Source of the DNA: Acutalibacteraceae bacterium
Lineage (GTDB): Bacteria; Bacillota; Clostridia; Oscillospirales; Acutalibacteraceae
Direction of reading: 5' to 3'
Length of the DNA stretch: 64,000 bases
Assembly: GCA_045589815.1 (NCBI GenBank)
Contig: JAZNPT010000054.1
Location: 10,723 to 74,722 of the forward strand
Position numbers and translations under genes: made by a program
Part shown: one piece after another, positions 37,282 through 46,368 of the stretch
Numbering within the stretch: position 1 is the stretch's first letter
Layout: every line of letters starts with the position of its first letter
The notes under the pieces: generated by a model
What the model was told of the DNA's origin: nothing
Databases searched by the model: none
The model's input: only the letters and a program-made list of their open reading frames with translations

Positions 37282-37923
37282 ATGAAAATAACACAGCTGC
37301 AGCTTGAGCATGAGATTTTTGCAAACTGCTTTTTGCTTGTTGACGATGCAACAAATGAAGCGGCGATTGTTGACCCGGGTTGGCACGGCGATATAATCAA
37401 AAATGCTCTCAAAACAGAAAATGTTGATTTAAAATATGTTTTGCTTACTCACGGCCATTTTGACCATATATTGGGTGTTTACGGCTTGCAAAAGGAAACG
37501 GGTGCAAAGGTTGTTATTCACGAATGCGATGCAGGCCATCTTATTGACCCCTGCAAGAGCCTTTGTGAGGGCAACTTCCCCGAACTGCAGTATCCGGTCA
37601 ATGCCGACATAACCGTAAAAGACGGCGATACTATTATGCTTGGCAAAACCGAAATTAAGGTCATGAGCACTCCCGGCCACACCAACGGAAGTGTTTGCTA
37701 TATTATTGAAAATGAAAAAGTTATTCTCAGCGGAGACACTCTGTTTTGCATGACTGCGGGAAGAACGGATTTCTTTGACGGCAGCGATGAAAAAATGATT
37801 GCTTCCCTTAAAAGACTGATTGCCCTTGACGGTGATTACAGGGTTTTGCCCGGTCATAACAGAGAAACAACCCTTGAAAGCGAAAGAAAACGCAATTGGT
37901 ATATACGAAGGATGGTAAAATAA
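37282..37923 (+). CDS. MBL-fold metallo-hydrolase (glyoxalase II-like)
   Basis: LTHGHFDHI, TPGHT, SGDTLF and PGH motifs; start moved to ATG 37282. Confidence 0.92.
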   Translation: MKITQLQLEHEIFANCFLLVDDATNEAAIVDPGWHGDIIKNALKTENVDLKYVLLTHGHFDHILGVYGLQKETGAKVVIHECDAGHLIDPCKSLCEGNFPELQYPVNADITVKDGDTIMLGKTEIKVMSTPGHTNGSVCYIIENEKVILSGDTLFCMTAGRTDFFDGSDEKMIASLKRLIALDGDYRVLPGHNRETTLESERKRNWYIRRMVK

Positions 37924-39393
37924 GTGATATTAAGAATTTTCGGGCATGATTTTCATTATGAATGCGAAAATCTTTGCAGGGTTTATTATCCCAACGAAAA
38001 AATTAATATAGTTTACGGCGATGACGGTGAGGATGCCAAAACCGTTATTACTCGCTGTTCGCAGATTGGCGGAGGCAATTTTATTGAGGTTGAGGCTCAT
38101 GTTGACGGAGTTTCGTGTTCAGCAGAGGCAAATGTAACTGCGTCTGCCGATGAGCTTCGAGATAAGAGCGAGCTCAAAATGGCGCAGCTTATTTTTGCTC
38201 TGCTTTCGGAGATAACGGGTTACACTCCGCCATGGGGAGTTCTGACGGGTGTGCGCCCTTCGAAGCTTATGCTCAGGCTCATTGACCAAATGGGTGCTGA
38301 CGGTGCAAAGCGTTATTTCACCGAAGATTTGTTGGTGAGCGAAGAAAAAACAAGCCTTGCCCAAACCGTTGCCGCAGCAGAAGAAAAAATCGTTGCTCTT
38401 TCAAAAAACGATTCATTCAGTCTTTATGTTTCAATTCCGTTTTGCCCCACAAGATGCAGCTACTGCTCTTTTGTTTCGCACTCTATTGCAAATTCCAATG
38501 CACGCAAGCTTTTGCCCGAATATCTGGAAAAGCTTGCAGAAGAAATAAAAATAACAGGTGAAATTGCAAAGGAACTTAACCTTCGCCTTGAAAGTATTTA
38601 TTTCGGCGGCGGAACTCCCGGCGTTCTTGAAGCGCCGCAGATGGACAGGCTGCTTGGCGCAATTGAAAACAGCTTCGACCTTTCAACTCTAAGGGAATAC
38701 ACCGTTGAGGTTGGCAGGCCTGATACCGTAACACCCGAAAAGCTGAGAATATTAAGGCTCCACAATGTTGGAAGAATCAGCATAAATCCGCAAACGTTCA
38801 ATCAGAAAACCTTGGAGCTTATCGGCAGAAATCACAGCGTTGAACAAGCCGTGAAAGCATATCAGCTTGCCAAGGCATACGGCTTTGACAGCATCAACAT
38901 GGATTTGATAGCGGGTTTGCCCGATGAAACATTTCAGGATTTCTGTGCAAGTGTTGACACCGCTGTGTCGCTTTCACCCGAGAATATAACAGTACATACC
39001 CTTGCATTGAAACGCTCATCGGAGCTTAATGCTTCCGGCGCAGGGGTTTCAGGCGGAAACGAAGCGAAAAAAATGCTTGAATATGCTTCCGAAAGGCTTT
39101 ACGGCAGCGGATATGAGCCTTATTATATGTATCGCCAGAGCAAATGTGTCGGCAATCTTGAAAATGTCGGCTGGTGCAAGACGGGCACGGAATGCCTTTA
39201 TAATGTGTTTATGATGGAAGAATGCCACACGGTTCTTGCCGTTGGCGCAGGCGGCGTGACAAAACTTTGCGAACCGGGCACAAATAATGTTGAACGCATT
39301 TTTAATTATAAATATCCTTATGAATATATTTCCGGTTTTGACAAAATAACCGAACGCAAAAACGGAATAAAGAGTTTTTATTTGTCATACTAA
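37924..39393 (+). CDS. hemZ: Radical SAM protein HemZ (coproporphyrinogen dehydrogenase-like)
   Basis: PWGVLTGVRPSK, IPFCPTRCSYCSF (CxxxCxxC) and PYYMYRQ; usual position after dtd/MBL. Confidence 0.92.
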   Translation: MILRIFGHDFHYECENLCRVYYPNEKINIVYGDDGEDAKTVITRCSQIGGGNFIEVEAHVDGVSCSAEANVTASADELRDKSELKMAQLIFALLSEITGYTPPWGVLTGVRPSKLMLRLIDQMGADGAKRYFTEDLLVSEEKTSLAQTVAAAEEKIVALSKNDSFSLYVSIPFCPTRCSYCSFVSHSIANSNARKLLPEYLEKLAEEIKITGEIAKELNLRLESIYFGGGTPGVLEAPQMDRLLGAIENSFDLSTLREYTVEVGRPDTVTPEKLRILRLHNVGRISINPQTFNQKTLELIGRNHSVEQAVKAYQLAKAYGFDSINMDLIAGLPDETFQDFCASVDTAVSLSPENITVHTLALKRSSELNASGAGVSGGNEAKKMLEYASERLYGSGYEPYYMYRQSKCVGNLENVGWCKTGTECLYNVFMMEECHTVLAVGAGGVTKLCEPGTNNVERIFNYKYPYEYISGFDKITERKNGIKSFYLSY

Positions 39394-39413
39394 ATCTTAT
39401 AGGGTGATGAAGT

Positions 39414-40331
39414 ATGGACGATAAATATACCTACAGCAAAATTAACAATCTTGCTCTTGCGCCGAAAGAGTTCCTTGAAAATTGCTCAAAGGCCTATCAT
39501 GCCAAGGTTGCCAAGGTTGCACGAGAGGTTTTTGACGATGCAAGCAAAAAAATAGTTATGCTTGCAGGGCCGTCATCCTCGGGCAAAACAACAACGGCAA
39601 CTTTGATTTCAAGAGGAATAGAATTCATGGGCGGCAAGGCATACACCGTTTCGCTTGATGATTTCTATTTACCTCACAGTATCGGATATCCGCTTGATGA
39701 AAACGGGAAACCCGATTATGAGTGCATTGAAGCTCTTGATGTTGAGCTTATTCATCTTTGCCTCGGTGAGCTTATCAGAAAGGGTAGCAGCAGCTTGCCT
39801 GTTTTTGATTTCACAACGGGCGAGAGGATAAACAACGCAAAAAATATTTATCTTGAAGAAAATGATGTGATAATAGTTGAAGGCTTGCATGCCCTCAACC
39901 CTGTTATTACGGACACACTTAACAAATCAAATTTGTATAAAATATATGTCAGCGTTTCTTCGCGTGTTTATGAAAATGACGGGAGCGTGCTGCTTTCAAA
40001 GCGCGATTTGCGATTTGTTCGCAGAATGGTCAGGGACTACAGCTTCCGTTCAACATCGGTAGAAAAAACCTTTGAAGTTTGGGAGAGTGTTATGCGAGGG
40101 GAGGATAAATATCTTTTCCCGTTTGAAGATTTGGCTGATATCAAGCTGGATTCGTTCCATCCATGCGAACCGTGCGTGTTGGCTGAGCGTGCAATCGCTT
40201 TGCTGAAAAGCGCACTTGGAGGAAAAAATAACAAAAAGGCATCCTTGATGATAAATAAGCTTGACCTTTTTAAAAATATAGATTATTCTGTTCTTCCGAA
40301 GGATTCGCTTTTGCGGGAATTTACCGGATAG
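39414..40331 (+). CDS. Nucleoside (uridine/cytidine) kinase family protein
   Basis: AGPSSSGKTT P-loop, SLDDFY, VEGLHALN and RRMVRD motifs. Confidence 0.88.
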   Translation: MDDKYTYSKINNLALAPKEFLENCSKAYHAKVAKVAREVFDDASKKIVMLAGPSSSGKTTTATLISRGIEFMGGKAYTVSLDDFYLPHSIGYPLDENGKPDYECIEALDVELIHLCLGELIRKGSSSLPVFDFTTGERINNAKNIYLEENDVIIVEGLHALNPVITDTLNKSNLYKIYVSVSSRVYENDGSVLLSKRDLRFVRRMVRDYSFRSTSVEKTFEVWESVMRGEDKYLFPFEDLADIKLDSFHPCEPCVLAERAIALLKSALGGKNNKKASLMINKLDLFKNIDYSVLPKDSLLREFTG

Positions 40332-40352
40332 TCAGAACTACCTTAAAGGAGT

Positions 40353-42185
40353 GTGAGCCTGTTGGCTACAGAAAAAAAGCAGTCTGTTTTAAACGGCGCA
40401 ATGATGCTTATGTTTGCCGTTTTGTTGGTTAAGGTTATCGGTCTTTTATTTAAAATACCGCTTACTGACATGATTGGTGCGGCGGGCAGAGGCTATTTTA
40501 ACTCTGCTTATGAAATTTATACCCCAATTTTTGCGATTTCTATGGCAGGTCTTCCTGTCGCCGTTTCAAGAATGGTGGCTGAAAATGTTGCTTTGGGTAA
40601 CTACCGCGAGCCCAGAATGATTCGCAAGGTTTCGGAGCGCCTGTTCATTCTTGTCGGCATTATCGGAACTCTTGTTTTGCTTGTGTTGGCATATCCTTAT
40701 GCAAAATTTGTTGCGGATGAGCGCAGCCTTCCTGCTGTTTTGTGCGTTGCCCCGTCAATCTTTTTCTGCTGTTTTATGTCAACCTACCGCGGCTACTACG
40801 AAGGCTTGCGAAACATGACTCCGACTGCCATTTCTCAGGTGGTTGAAGCCTTGGGCAAACTTGTGGTCGGTCTTGTTCTTGCTAAGCTTGTTATAACGGT
40901 GGGAACCTCGCAGTATGAAAGCGGCATGCTTGCTTCCGGCAATGTTTCTGCGGTTGTTTTCGGCAATGAAGTAACAAGCCTTGCCGAAGCAAACGGCGTC
41001 ATAAGACCCTGGGCAGCCGCAGGTGCGGTTATGGGTGTTACGGTTGGTTCCGTTGCCGCTGCAGTATTTCTTGCGATATACTATAAAATAAAGGGCGACG
41101 GCTTCACACGCGTTCAGCTTGTTAACTCTCCGAAATCTGCTCCTTCAGATGAACTTGCAAAGAAAATGGTTAAGATAGCCATCCCGATGGTTGTCAGCGC
41201 CCTTATTCTTAACATAACTAATCTTGTTGATACCGTAACCATTCAGTCACGCCTTGCAGCCGCAATTGAAACGGATTTGACAACCGTTTTGCAGATGCAT
41301 ACCGAAGCGATTAATGAAGCGGTGAGCCTTTCAAGGCTTAATCTTAACGATTCCAACGAGATTGTTAAATATCTGTGGGGCTCTTACGGCATGGCTCTTG
41401 ATTTCAGAAACCTTATCCCCAACCTCACTTTGCAGCTCGGAATCAGTGCACTTCCCGCTCTTGCAGCCGCATGGGCTGTTAAGGACAGAAAGGGTATTAA
41501 ATCAACAATTGAAATGGTTTTGAGAATATGCATGCTTATAGGCCTGCCTGCCGGTTTTGGCATGGCAGCGCTTGCAGAACCGCTTCTTACGGTTATCTAT
41601 GGCAGAGGCTTAAGCTCGGATGCTATTCCCGTTGTTGCACCTATCATGGTTGTTTACGGCATAGCAACAGCACTTATGGCGGTTTCAACGCCTATCACCA
41701 ACATGCTCCAGGCAATCGGAAGAACGGATATTCCCGTCAAATCCGTTGTTGTGGGAGCAATCTGCAAAATAGTTTGTAATTTTATCCTTGTAGGAAATCC
41801 CAAAATCAATGTTTACGGCGCTGTTGCGGGAACGGTTTTGTTCTATGCGGTTATTGTTACCTGCAATCTCACATCGCTCCTTCGCATATCAAAGGTTAAG
41901 GTTAACTGGGGTTCAATTCTTGTTAAGCCTTTAATCAGTGCGGCTCTCTGTGCTGTTACCGCATTTGCGGCATACGGATTACTTTCGAGAATATTCCCTG
42001 CAGGCAACACCGAAAGCCTGCTCAATATGGGCACGGTTTCAACCGCTGTTGCCGTTGGTCTGGCAGTTGTTGTTTATGTTATTTCGCTGCTTCTTTTGAA
42101 AGGAATTGCACGTGAAGACGTGTCTGTTTTGCCAAAAGGAGAAAAAATTGCAAAAAAGCTTGAAAAATACGGACTTTTAGGTTAA
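40353..42185 (+). CDS. Polysaccharide biosynthesis/flippase protein (SpoVB/YabM-like)
   Basis: GLPVAVSRMVA, YRGYYEGLRNMTPTAISQ and LQAIGR; multiple TM helices; position before mazG matches yabM. Confidence 0.9.
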   Translation: MSLLATEKKQSVLNGAMMLMFAVLLVKVIGLLFKIPLTDMIGAAGRGYFNSAYEIYTPIFAISMAGLPVAVSRMVAENVALGNYREPRMIRKVSERLFILVGIIGTLVLLVLAYPYAKFVADERSLPAVLCVAPSIFFCCFMSTYRGYYEGLRNMTPTAISQVVEALGKLVVGLVLAKLVITVGTSQYESGMLASGNVSAVVFGNEVTSLAEANGVIRPWAAAGAVMGVTVGSVAAAVFLAIYYKIKGDGFTRVQLVNSPKSAPSDELAKKMVKIAIPMVVSALILNITNLVDTVTIQSRLAAAIETDLTTVLQMHTEAINEAVSLSRLNLNDSNEIVKYLWGSYGMALDFRNLIPNLTLQLGISALPALAAAWAVKDRKGIKSTIEMVLRICMLIGLPAGFGMAALAEPLLTVIYGRGLSSDAIPVVAPIMVVYGIATALMAVSTPITNMLQAIGRTDIPVKSVVVGAICKIVCNFILVGNPKINVYGAVAGTVLFYAVIVTCNLTSLLRISKVKVNWGSILVKPLISAALCAVTAFAAYGLLSRIFPAGNTESLLNMGTVSTAVAVGLAVVVYVISLLLLKGIAREDVSVLPKGEKIAKKLEKYGLLG

Positions 42186-42188
42186 AAT
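42160..42188 (+). promoter_or_regulatory. sigmaA promoter for mazG embedded in the 3' end of yabM
   Basis: TTGAAA-17 bp-TAAAAT spanning the last codons (LEKYGLLG*). Confidence 0.65.
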
Positions 42189-42218
42189 ATTAGTTGCGTA
42201 TATTTGGGAGTGTGAAAA

Positions 42219-43019
42219 ATGGTTGACTTCGAGTTCAAAAACAGTTATACTGTACAGGATCTCGTTGAAATAATGCGTCTGCTTCGTGAGCCGGGCGGAT
42301 GCCCTTGGGATGCCGAACAAACTCATATAAGTATTAAAAAGAATCTCATTGAAGAAACTTATGAGGTTATAGAAGCCATCAACAAAGACGATAAGGCTCT
42401 GCTTTGCGAGGAACTCGGCGATTTGCTTATGCAGGTTGTTTTTCATGCTCAGATGGAAAAGGAACTCGGAGTTTTTGATTTTGACACGGTTTCAGACGGT
42501 GTATGCAAAAAGCTGATTGAGCGCCATCCTCATGTTTTCGGTGAGATTGCTGTTTCAGGCGTTGATGATGTTTTAACAAACTGGGACGACATAAAAAGAA
42601 AATCCAAGGGCCAGAAGAATACAACCGAGTCAATGCTCAGCGTTCCGCGTGAGCTTCCCGCTTTGATGCGTGCATCGAAGCTTCAAAAAAAGGCTGCCGA
42701 TGTCGGGTTTGACTGGAGCGATGTTTCCGGCGCACTTGACAAGCTTGAGGAGGAAATAAAAGAACTCAGGCAGGCAATTGATAAAAACGACAGTGCAAAT
42801 GCGCAGGAAGAACTCGGCGATGTTTTGTTTTCTGCCGTTAATGTTTCAAGATTTATCAAGGTCGATGCCGAAGAAGCCTTGACTGCTGCGAGCGACAAGT
42901 TTCTTGCAAGGTTTTCAACAGTGGAAAAGCTTGCCGCAGAGCGCAGAATTAATATGAATTCTTCAAGTCTTGAAGTTTTGGATAAACTTTGGGATGAAGC
43001 AAAGGCTAACGAAAAGTGA
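42219..43019 (+). CDS. mazG: Nucleoside triphosphate pyrophosphohydrolase MazG
   Basis: GGCPWDAEQTH, EETYE, EELGDLL, RHPHVF and a second EELGD motif. Confidence 0.95.
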   Translation: MVDFEFKNSYTVQDLVEIMRLLREPGGCPWDAEQTHISIKKNLIEETYEVIEAINKDDKALLCEELGDLLMQVVFHAQMEKELGVFDFDTVSDGVCKKLIERHPHVFGEIAVSGVDDVLTNWDDIKRKSKGQKNTTESMLSVPRELPALMRASKLQKKAADVGFDWSDVSGALDKLEEEIKELRQAIDKNDSANAQEELGDVLFSAVNVSRFIKVDAEEALTAASDKFLARFSTVEKLAAERRINMNSSSLEVLDKLWDEAKANEK

Positions 43020-43027
43020 ATATGAAT
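43003..43027 (+). promoter_or_regulatory. Possible sigmaH promoter for hup
   Basis: AGGC-17 bp-GAAT, one mismatch to the AGGA-N17-GAAT pattern. Confidence 0.3.
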
Positions 43028-43074
43028 ACCTTGTGTATTTATAAAATAGAAAACAAAAAGATTGGAGTAAAAAA

Positions 43075-43350
43075 ATGAATAAGACAGAACTCGTAAATGC
43101 TATCGCAAAGAACGAAGGCATTGAAAAGAAATGTGCAGAAAAGGCAGTTAACGCAGTGTTCGCTGCTGTTGCAGATGCTCTTGCAGCAGGCGAGAAGGTT
43201 CAGCTTATCGGTTTTGGTACATTTGAAGTTCGTGAGCGCGCTGAGAAGCAGGCTCGCAACCCCAGAACAGGTGAAACAATCACTGTTGCTGCAACAAAGG
43301 CTCCTGTTTTCAAGGCAGGTTCAGCTCTTAAGGCTAAGGTTGCAAAATAA
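43075..43350 (+). CDS. hup: DNA-binding protein HU
   Basis: MNKTELV...VQLIGFGTFEVRERA...RNPRTGE. Confidence 0.98.
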   Translation: MNKTELVNAIAKNEGIEKKCAEKAVNAVFAAVADALAAGEKVQLIGFGTFEVRERAEKQARNPRTGETITVAATKAPVFKAGSALKAKVAK

Positions 43351-43364
43351 GTTTACCCATAAAC

Positions 43365-43393
43365 AGGCTGCCTTTTCGGCAGCCTTTGTTTTT
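43365..43393 (+). terminator. Terminator after hup
   Basis: AGGCTGCC-ttttc-GGCAGCCT followed by TTGTTTTT. Confidence 0.8.
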
Positions 43394-43413
43394 GCGCAAG
43401 AGGAGGGGAGAAA

Positions 43414-43653
43414 TTGAGACTCGATAAATATCTGAAGGTTTCCAGAATTATAAAAAGAAGAACTGTTGCCAACGAAGCCTGTGATGCAAAGCATGTTACG
43501 GTTAACGGCAAGGTAGCGAGGGCGTCTTATGATGTTAAGGTTGGCGATATTATAGAAATCACCTTCGGTTCAAACACAAACCGCTTTGAGGTTTTGAATG
43601 TTTCCGAGCATGCAACAAAAGAAACTGCGGCTATGATGTTTAAACCGCTTTAA
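43414..43653 (+). CDS. rqcP: S4-domain RNA-binding protein YabO/RqcP
   Basis: RLDKYLKVSRIIKRRTVANEACD; TTG start behind GGAGGGGAG; synteny. Confidence 0.92.
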   Translation: MRLDKYLKVSRIIKRRTVANEACDAKHVTVNGKVARASYDVKVGDIIEITFGSNTNRFEVLNVSEHATKETAAMMFKPL

Positions 43654-43682
43654 TCATAAACAAGCCTCCCGAAGCATATCAT
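43654..43682 (+). promoter_or_regulatory. sigmaE promoter of yabPQ
   Basis: TCATAAA-14 bp-CATATCAT matches the sigmaE consensus; yabPQ is sigmaE-controlled in Bacillus subtilis. Confidence 0.75.
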
Positions 43683-43715
43683 TGAATGAATCAATGATTA
43701 ACGGGAGGTTTTTTT
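43662..43715 (+). terminator. Terminator hairpin containing the sigmaE -10 and the yabP RBS
   Basis: AAGCCTCCCG pairs with CGGGAGGTTT; inner ATCATTGA pairs with TCAATGAT; followed by a T-run ending at the yabP ATG. Confidence 0.7.
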
Positions 43716-43997
43716 ATGCAGGAAGAAAGAAAAATGCCGTCAATGCCGCATAATATTGTTCTTGAGGACAGACGAATGCTTACAATTTCGGGTGTGTCGG
43801 ATGTTGACAGCTTTGATGAGGAAACCGTAATAGTTTTTACGGATTTGGGAGAATTGACAATAAGGGGCTCCAATCTTCATATTAACCGCTTGAGCGTTGA
43901 AGTGGGGGAATTAACTGTTGAGGGCAGCATTGCGGCTCTGATATATTCCGATGAAGCGCCGAAAAGCGGCGGATTTTTCAGCAAGGTGTTCAGATAA
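43716..43997 (+). CDS. yabP: Sporulation protein YabP
   Basis: HNIVLEDR...ISGVSDVDSFDE...GFFSKVFR. Confidence 0.95.
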   Translation: MQEERKMPSMPHNIVLEDRRMLTISGVSDVDSFDEETVIVFTDLGELTIRGSNLHINRLSVEVGELTVEGSIAALIYSDEAPKSGGFFSKVFR

Positions 43998-44525
43998 ATG
44001 GAGTATATTCAGGGGCTTTCGGTTCAAACGGAAATTTTTCTTTATGCTCTCGGATTCGGCTTTTTGCTCGGAATACTTTATGATATTTTCCGAACCGTTC
44101 GCATGATAATTTCAAACTCAAGAGCTTTTGTTCTCTTTATGGATTTGCTCTATTTTGCGGTTTGTGCCTTTTTGCTTTTCTGTTTCAATATGATTGTTGA
44201 CAGCGGATATATCAGAGTTTATGTTTTGCTGGGCGAATTGCTGGGATGGCTGATATATTATTTTTCTTTTGGTGCAATTGCTGTGAAAGCAGCTAATGCC
44301 GTGACAGGCTTTTTCAAAAAGCTCTTTTCTGCGATTTTTAAGCCGTTTGAAAAGCTTGTAAGGCGAACGGTGAGAAAAATACAAAAAAGAGCCGGAAATT
44401 GCAAAAAAATAATGAGAAAAAACGAAAAAAAAACAAAATTTATCTTGCAAAAGTATAAGAACATAGTGTATAATCTTAATAGTTATATTGAAAATAGTGT
44501 TTTTAAAAAACAGAAGGAAGAATAA
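43998..44525 (+). CDS. yabQ: Spore cortex biosynthesis protein YabQ
   Basis: GFLLGILYDIFR...MDLLYF...GYIRVY motif; synteny. Confidence 0.9.
   Translation: MEYIQGLSVQTEIFLYALGFGFLLGILYDIFRTVRMIISNSRAFVLFMDLLYFAVCAFLLFCFNMIVDSGYIRVYVLLGELLGWLIYYFSFGAIAVKAANAVTGFFKKLFSAIFKPFEKLVRRTVRKIQKRAGNCKKIMRKNEKKTKFILQKYKNIVYNLNSYIENSVFKKQKEE
44445..44474 (+). promoter_or_regulatory. sigmaA promoter for divIC embedded in the yabQ 3' end
   Basis: TTGCAA-18 bp-TATAAT inside the codons LQKYKNIVYN. Confidence 0.55.
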
Positions 44526-44822
44526 ATGGCAGCAGTTAAGGTTAAAAACAGAAAACACAGCGTCATACTGGCGGTGCTTTTTTGCGCGCTGGTGTGTTAC
44601 TTCGTTGCAACCTTAATCAGCCTGCAGTCAAAGGTTCGCGCTCAGGAAAATGCTGTTGCGGATTTAAAGAGTCAGTATCAGCAGCAGGTTGAAGATAATG
44701 AAGAGCTTAAGCAGATAATTGCCGAGGGCAGCGAGGCGGATTATATTGAACGCATAGCAAGGGAACAATACGGCTATGCAAAGCCCGAGGAAAGAGTGTA
44801 TTACGATTCATCGGTATATTAA
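44526..44822 (+). CDS. divIC: Septum formation initiator DivIC/FtsB
   Basis: TM helix, coiled coil, YIERIAREQYGYAKPEERVY. Confidence 0.9.
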   Translation: MAAVKVKNRKHSVILAVLFCALVCYFVATLISLQSKVRAQENAVADLKSQYQQQVEDNEELKQIIAEGSEADYIERIAREQYGYAKPEERVYYDSSVY

Positions 44823-44880
44823 ACTGTTTTTCAGTTTGTTTTATAAATTTTAATTTTTTACGGAAGGATTTTTTTGTTGT

Positions 44881-45348
44881 ATGCAGTTTGAAGAAGGTGC
44901 AATCGTAAGCGGAAAGGTTACGGGCTTAACCGATTTTGGAGCTTTTCTGGAGCTTGAGGGCGGAAAAACAGGTATGATACATATTTCCGAGGTAGCCTCA
45001 AACTATGTTAAAGATATCAGAGAGCATATTTCGGTTGGCCAGGAAGTCAAAGCAAAAATTATTTCGGTTTCTCCCGAAGGGAAAATCAGCCTTTCAATCA
45101 GAAAGCTTAATGACCAGCCTAAGGAGCAGCAGCGTCCTCAGCGTCCGCAGAAGCCCAGAAGCGAAAGACGCCCTGCAAATGTTTGGAACGGCCAGAAGAG
45201 CAGTGCTCCCGCAGCAGGCGAGAAGCAGTCTTTTGAAGATATGATGGCAAGATTCAAGCAAGTCAGCGATGAAAAGATGACTGACCTCAAAAGAGCAAGC
45301 GACTCCAAGAGAGGCAGCGCCGGTTATTCCCGCAGAGGTGCAAAATAA
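44881..45348 (+). CDS. S1 RNA-binding domain protein (YabR-like)
   Basis: GKVTGLTDFGAF, GMIHISEVA, KISLSIR and SFEDMMARFKQVSDEK. Confidence 0.92.
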   Translation: MQFEEGAIVSGKVTGLTDFGAFLELEGGKTGMIHISEVASNYVKDIREHISVGQEVKAKIISVSPEGKISLSIRKLNDQPKEQQRPQRPQKPRSERRPANVWNGQKSSAPAAGEKQSFEDMMARFKQVSDEKMTDLKRASDSKRGSAGYSRRGAK

Positions 45349-45354
45349 TTATTC

Positions 45355-45380
45355 AAACGGGGGCAGTGCCTCCGTTTTTT
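45355..45380 (+). terminator. Terminator after yabR
   Basis: AAACGGGGGC-agt-GCCTCCGTTT followed by TTT. Confidence 0.75.
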
Positions 45381-45411
45381 GATGTTAACGCATTTATGTT
45401 GGAGGAAAGTT

Positions 45412-46254
45412 ATGCGCTGTGTTGATGTTTCAAAAATTGAGCAGGCTGTGCGTGATATGTGCATTAGTGCCAACAAGCGTCTGCCCGAGGACCTTGAACA
45501 AAGAATTAAATATTGTGCAGGCTGCGAATGCGATGAGCTTCCCGCAAGCATTATGAAATCGCTTGAGGATAATATTGAAGCGGCAAAGCAGCTTGATATT
45601 CCTGTTTGCCAGGATACCGGCATGGCAGTTGTTTTTGCCGAAATCGGCCAGGAGGTTCAGCTCGTTGGCGGCGGCTTTGAGGCGGCTGTGAATAAAGGTG
45701 TTGCAAGAGGATACACAGAGGGCTTTCTTCGCTGTTCTGTGGTTAAAGACCCGCTTCGCCGCGTTAACACAGGCAACAATACTCCCGCAGTTATTCACAC
45801 AAGAATTGTCGACGGCGATAAGGTGAAGATAACGGTTGCGCCAAAGGGATTCGGCAGCGAGAATATGAGCAGCCTCAAGATGTTCACTCCCTCGGCAACC
45901 CGTGAAGATATAATCAACTATGTTGTTGACGCCGTTAAAACGGCTGGCAGCAATCCCTGCCCTCCGATGGTTCTCGGTATCGGAATCGGCGGAACATTTG
46001 AGCAATGCGCCCTGCTTGCCAAAACAGCGCTTTGCAGAAATATCAGCGAACCGAATGCAGACGAATATTATTCCTCAATGGAAAGTGAAATTCTTGAAAG
46101 AGTCAATGCTCTTAATATCGGCCCTCAGGGCTTTGGCGGCAAAACCACAGCGCTGAGTGTTGCCATTGAAGCACGCCCCACTCACATTGCGGGGCTTCCG
46201 GTTGCAGTTAATGTTGGATGCCATGTTACCCGCCACATAAGCATGGTTATCTGA
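45412..46254 (+). CDS. Fe-S fumarate hydratase (class I), alpha subunit
   Basis: PVCQDTG, PKGFGSEN, GSNPCPP, GPQGFGG and NVGCHVTRH; start moved to ATG 45412 behind GGAGG. Confidence 0.93.
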   Translation: MRCVDVSKIEQAVRDMCISANKRLPEDLEQRIKYCAGCECDELPASIMKSLEDNIEAAKQLDIPVCQDTGMAVVFAEIGQEVQLVGGGFEAAVNKGVARGYTEGFLRCSVVKDPLRRVNTGNNTPAVIHTRIVDGDKVKITVAPKGFGSENMSSLKMFTPSATREDIINYVVDAVKTAGSNPCPPMVLGIGIGGTFEQCALLAKTALCRNISEPNADEYYSSMESEILERVNALNIGPQGFGGKTTALSVAIEARPTHIAGLPVAVNVGCHVTRHISMVI

Positions 46255-46368
46255 ATAGATTTTATACAAATTATGAAAAATTTCAAAAACCCCTTTACAT
46301 TTTTTGTGCATTTGTGCTACAATATAATTGAAGTTAAACACTTCAATAGCTAAAAAGGGGATGACTAC

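Noticed and set aside
44425-44433. A9 homopolymer in the yabQ 3' region as a possible phase-variation tract
   Set aside because: The frame is intact, it lies in a lysine-rich tail, and such tracts are common in AT-rich coding sequence
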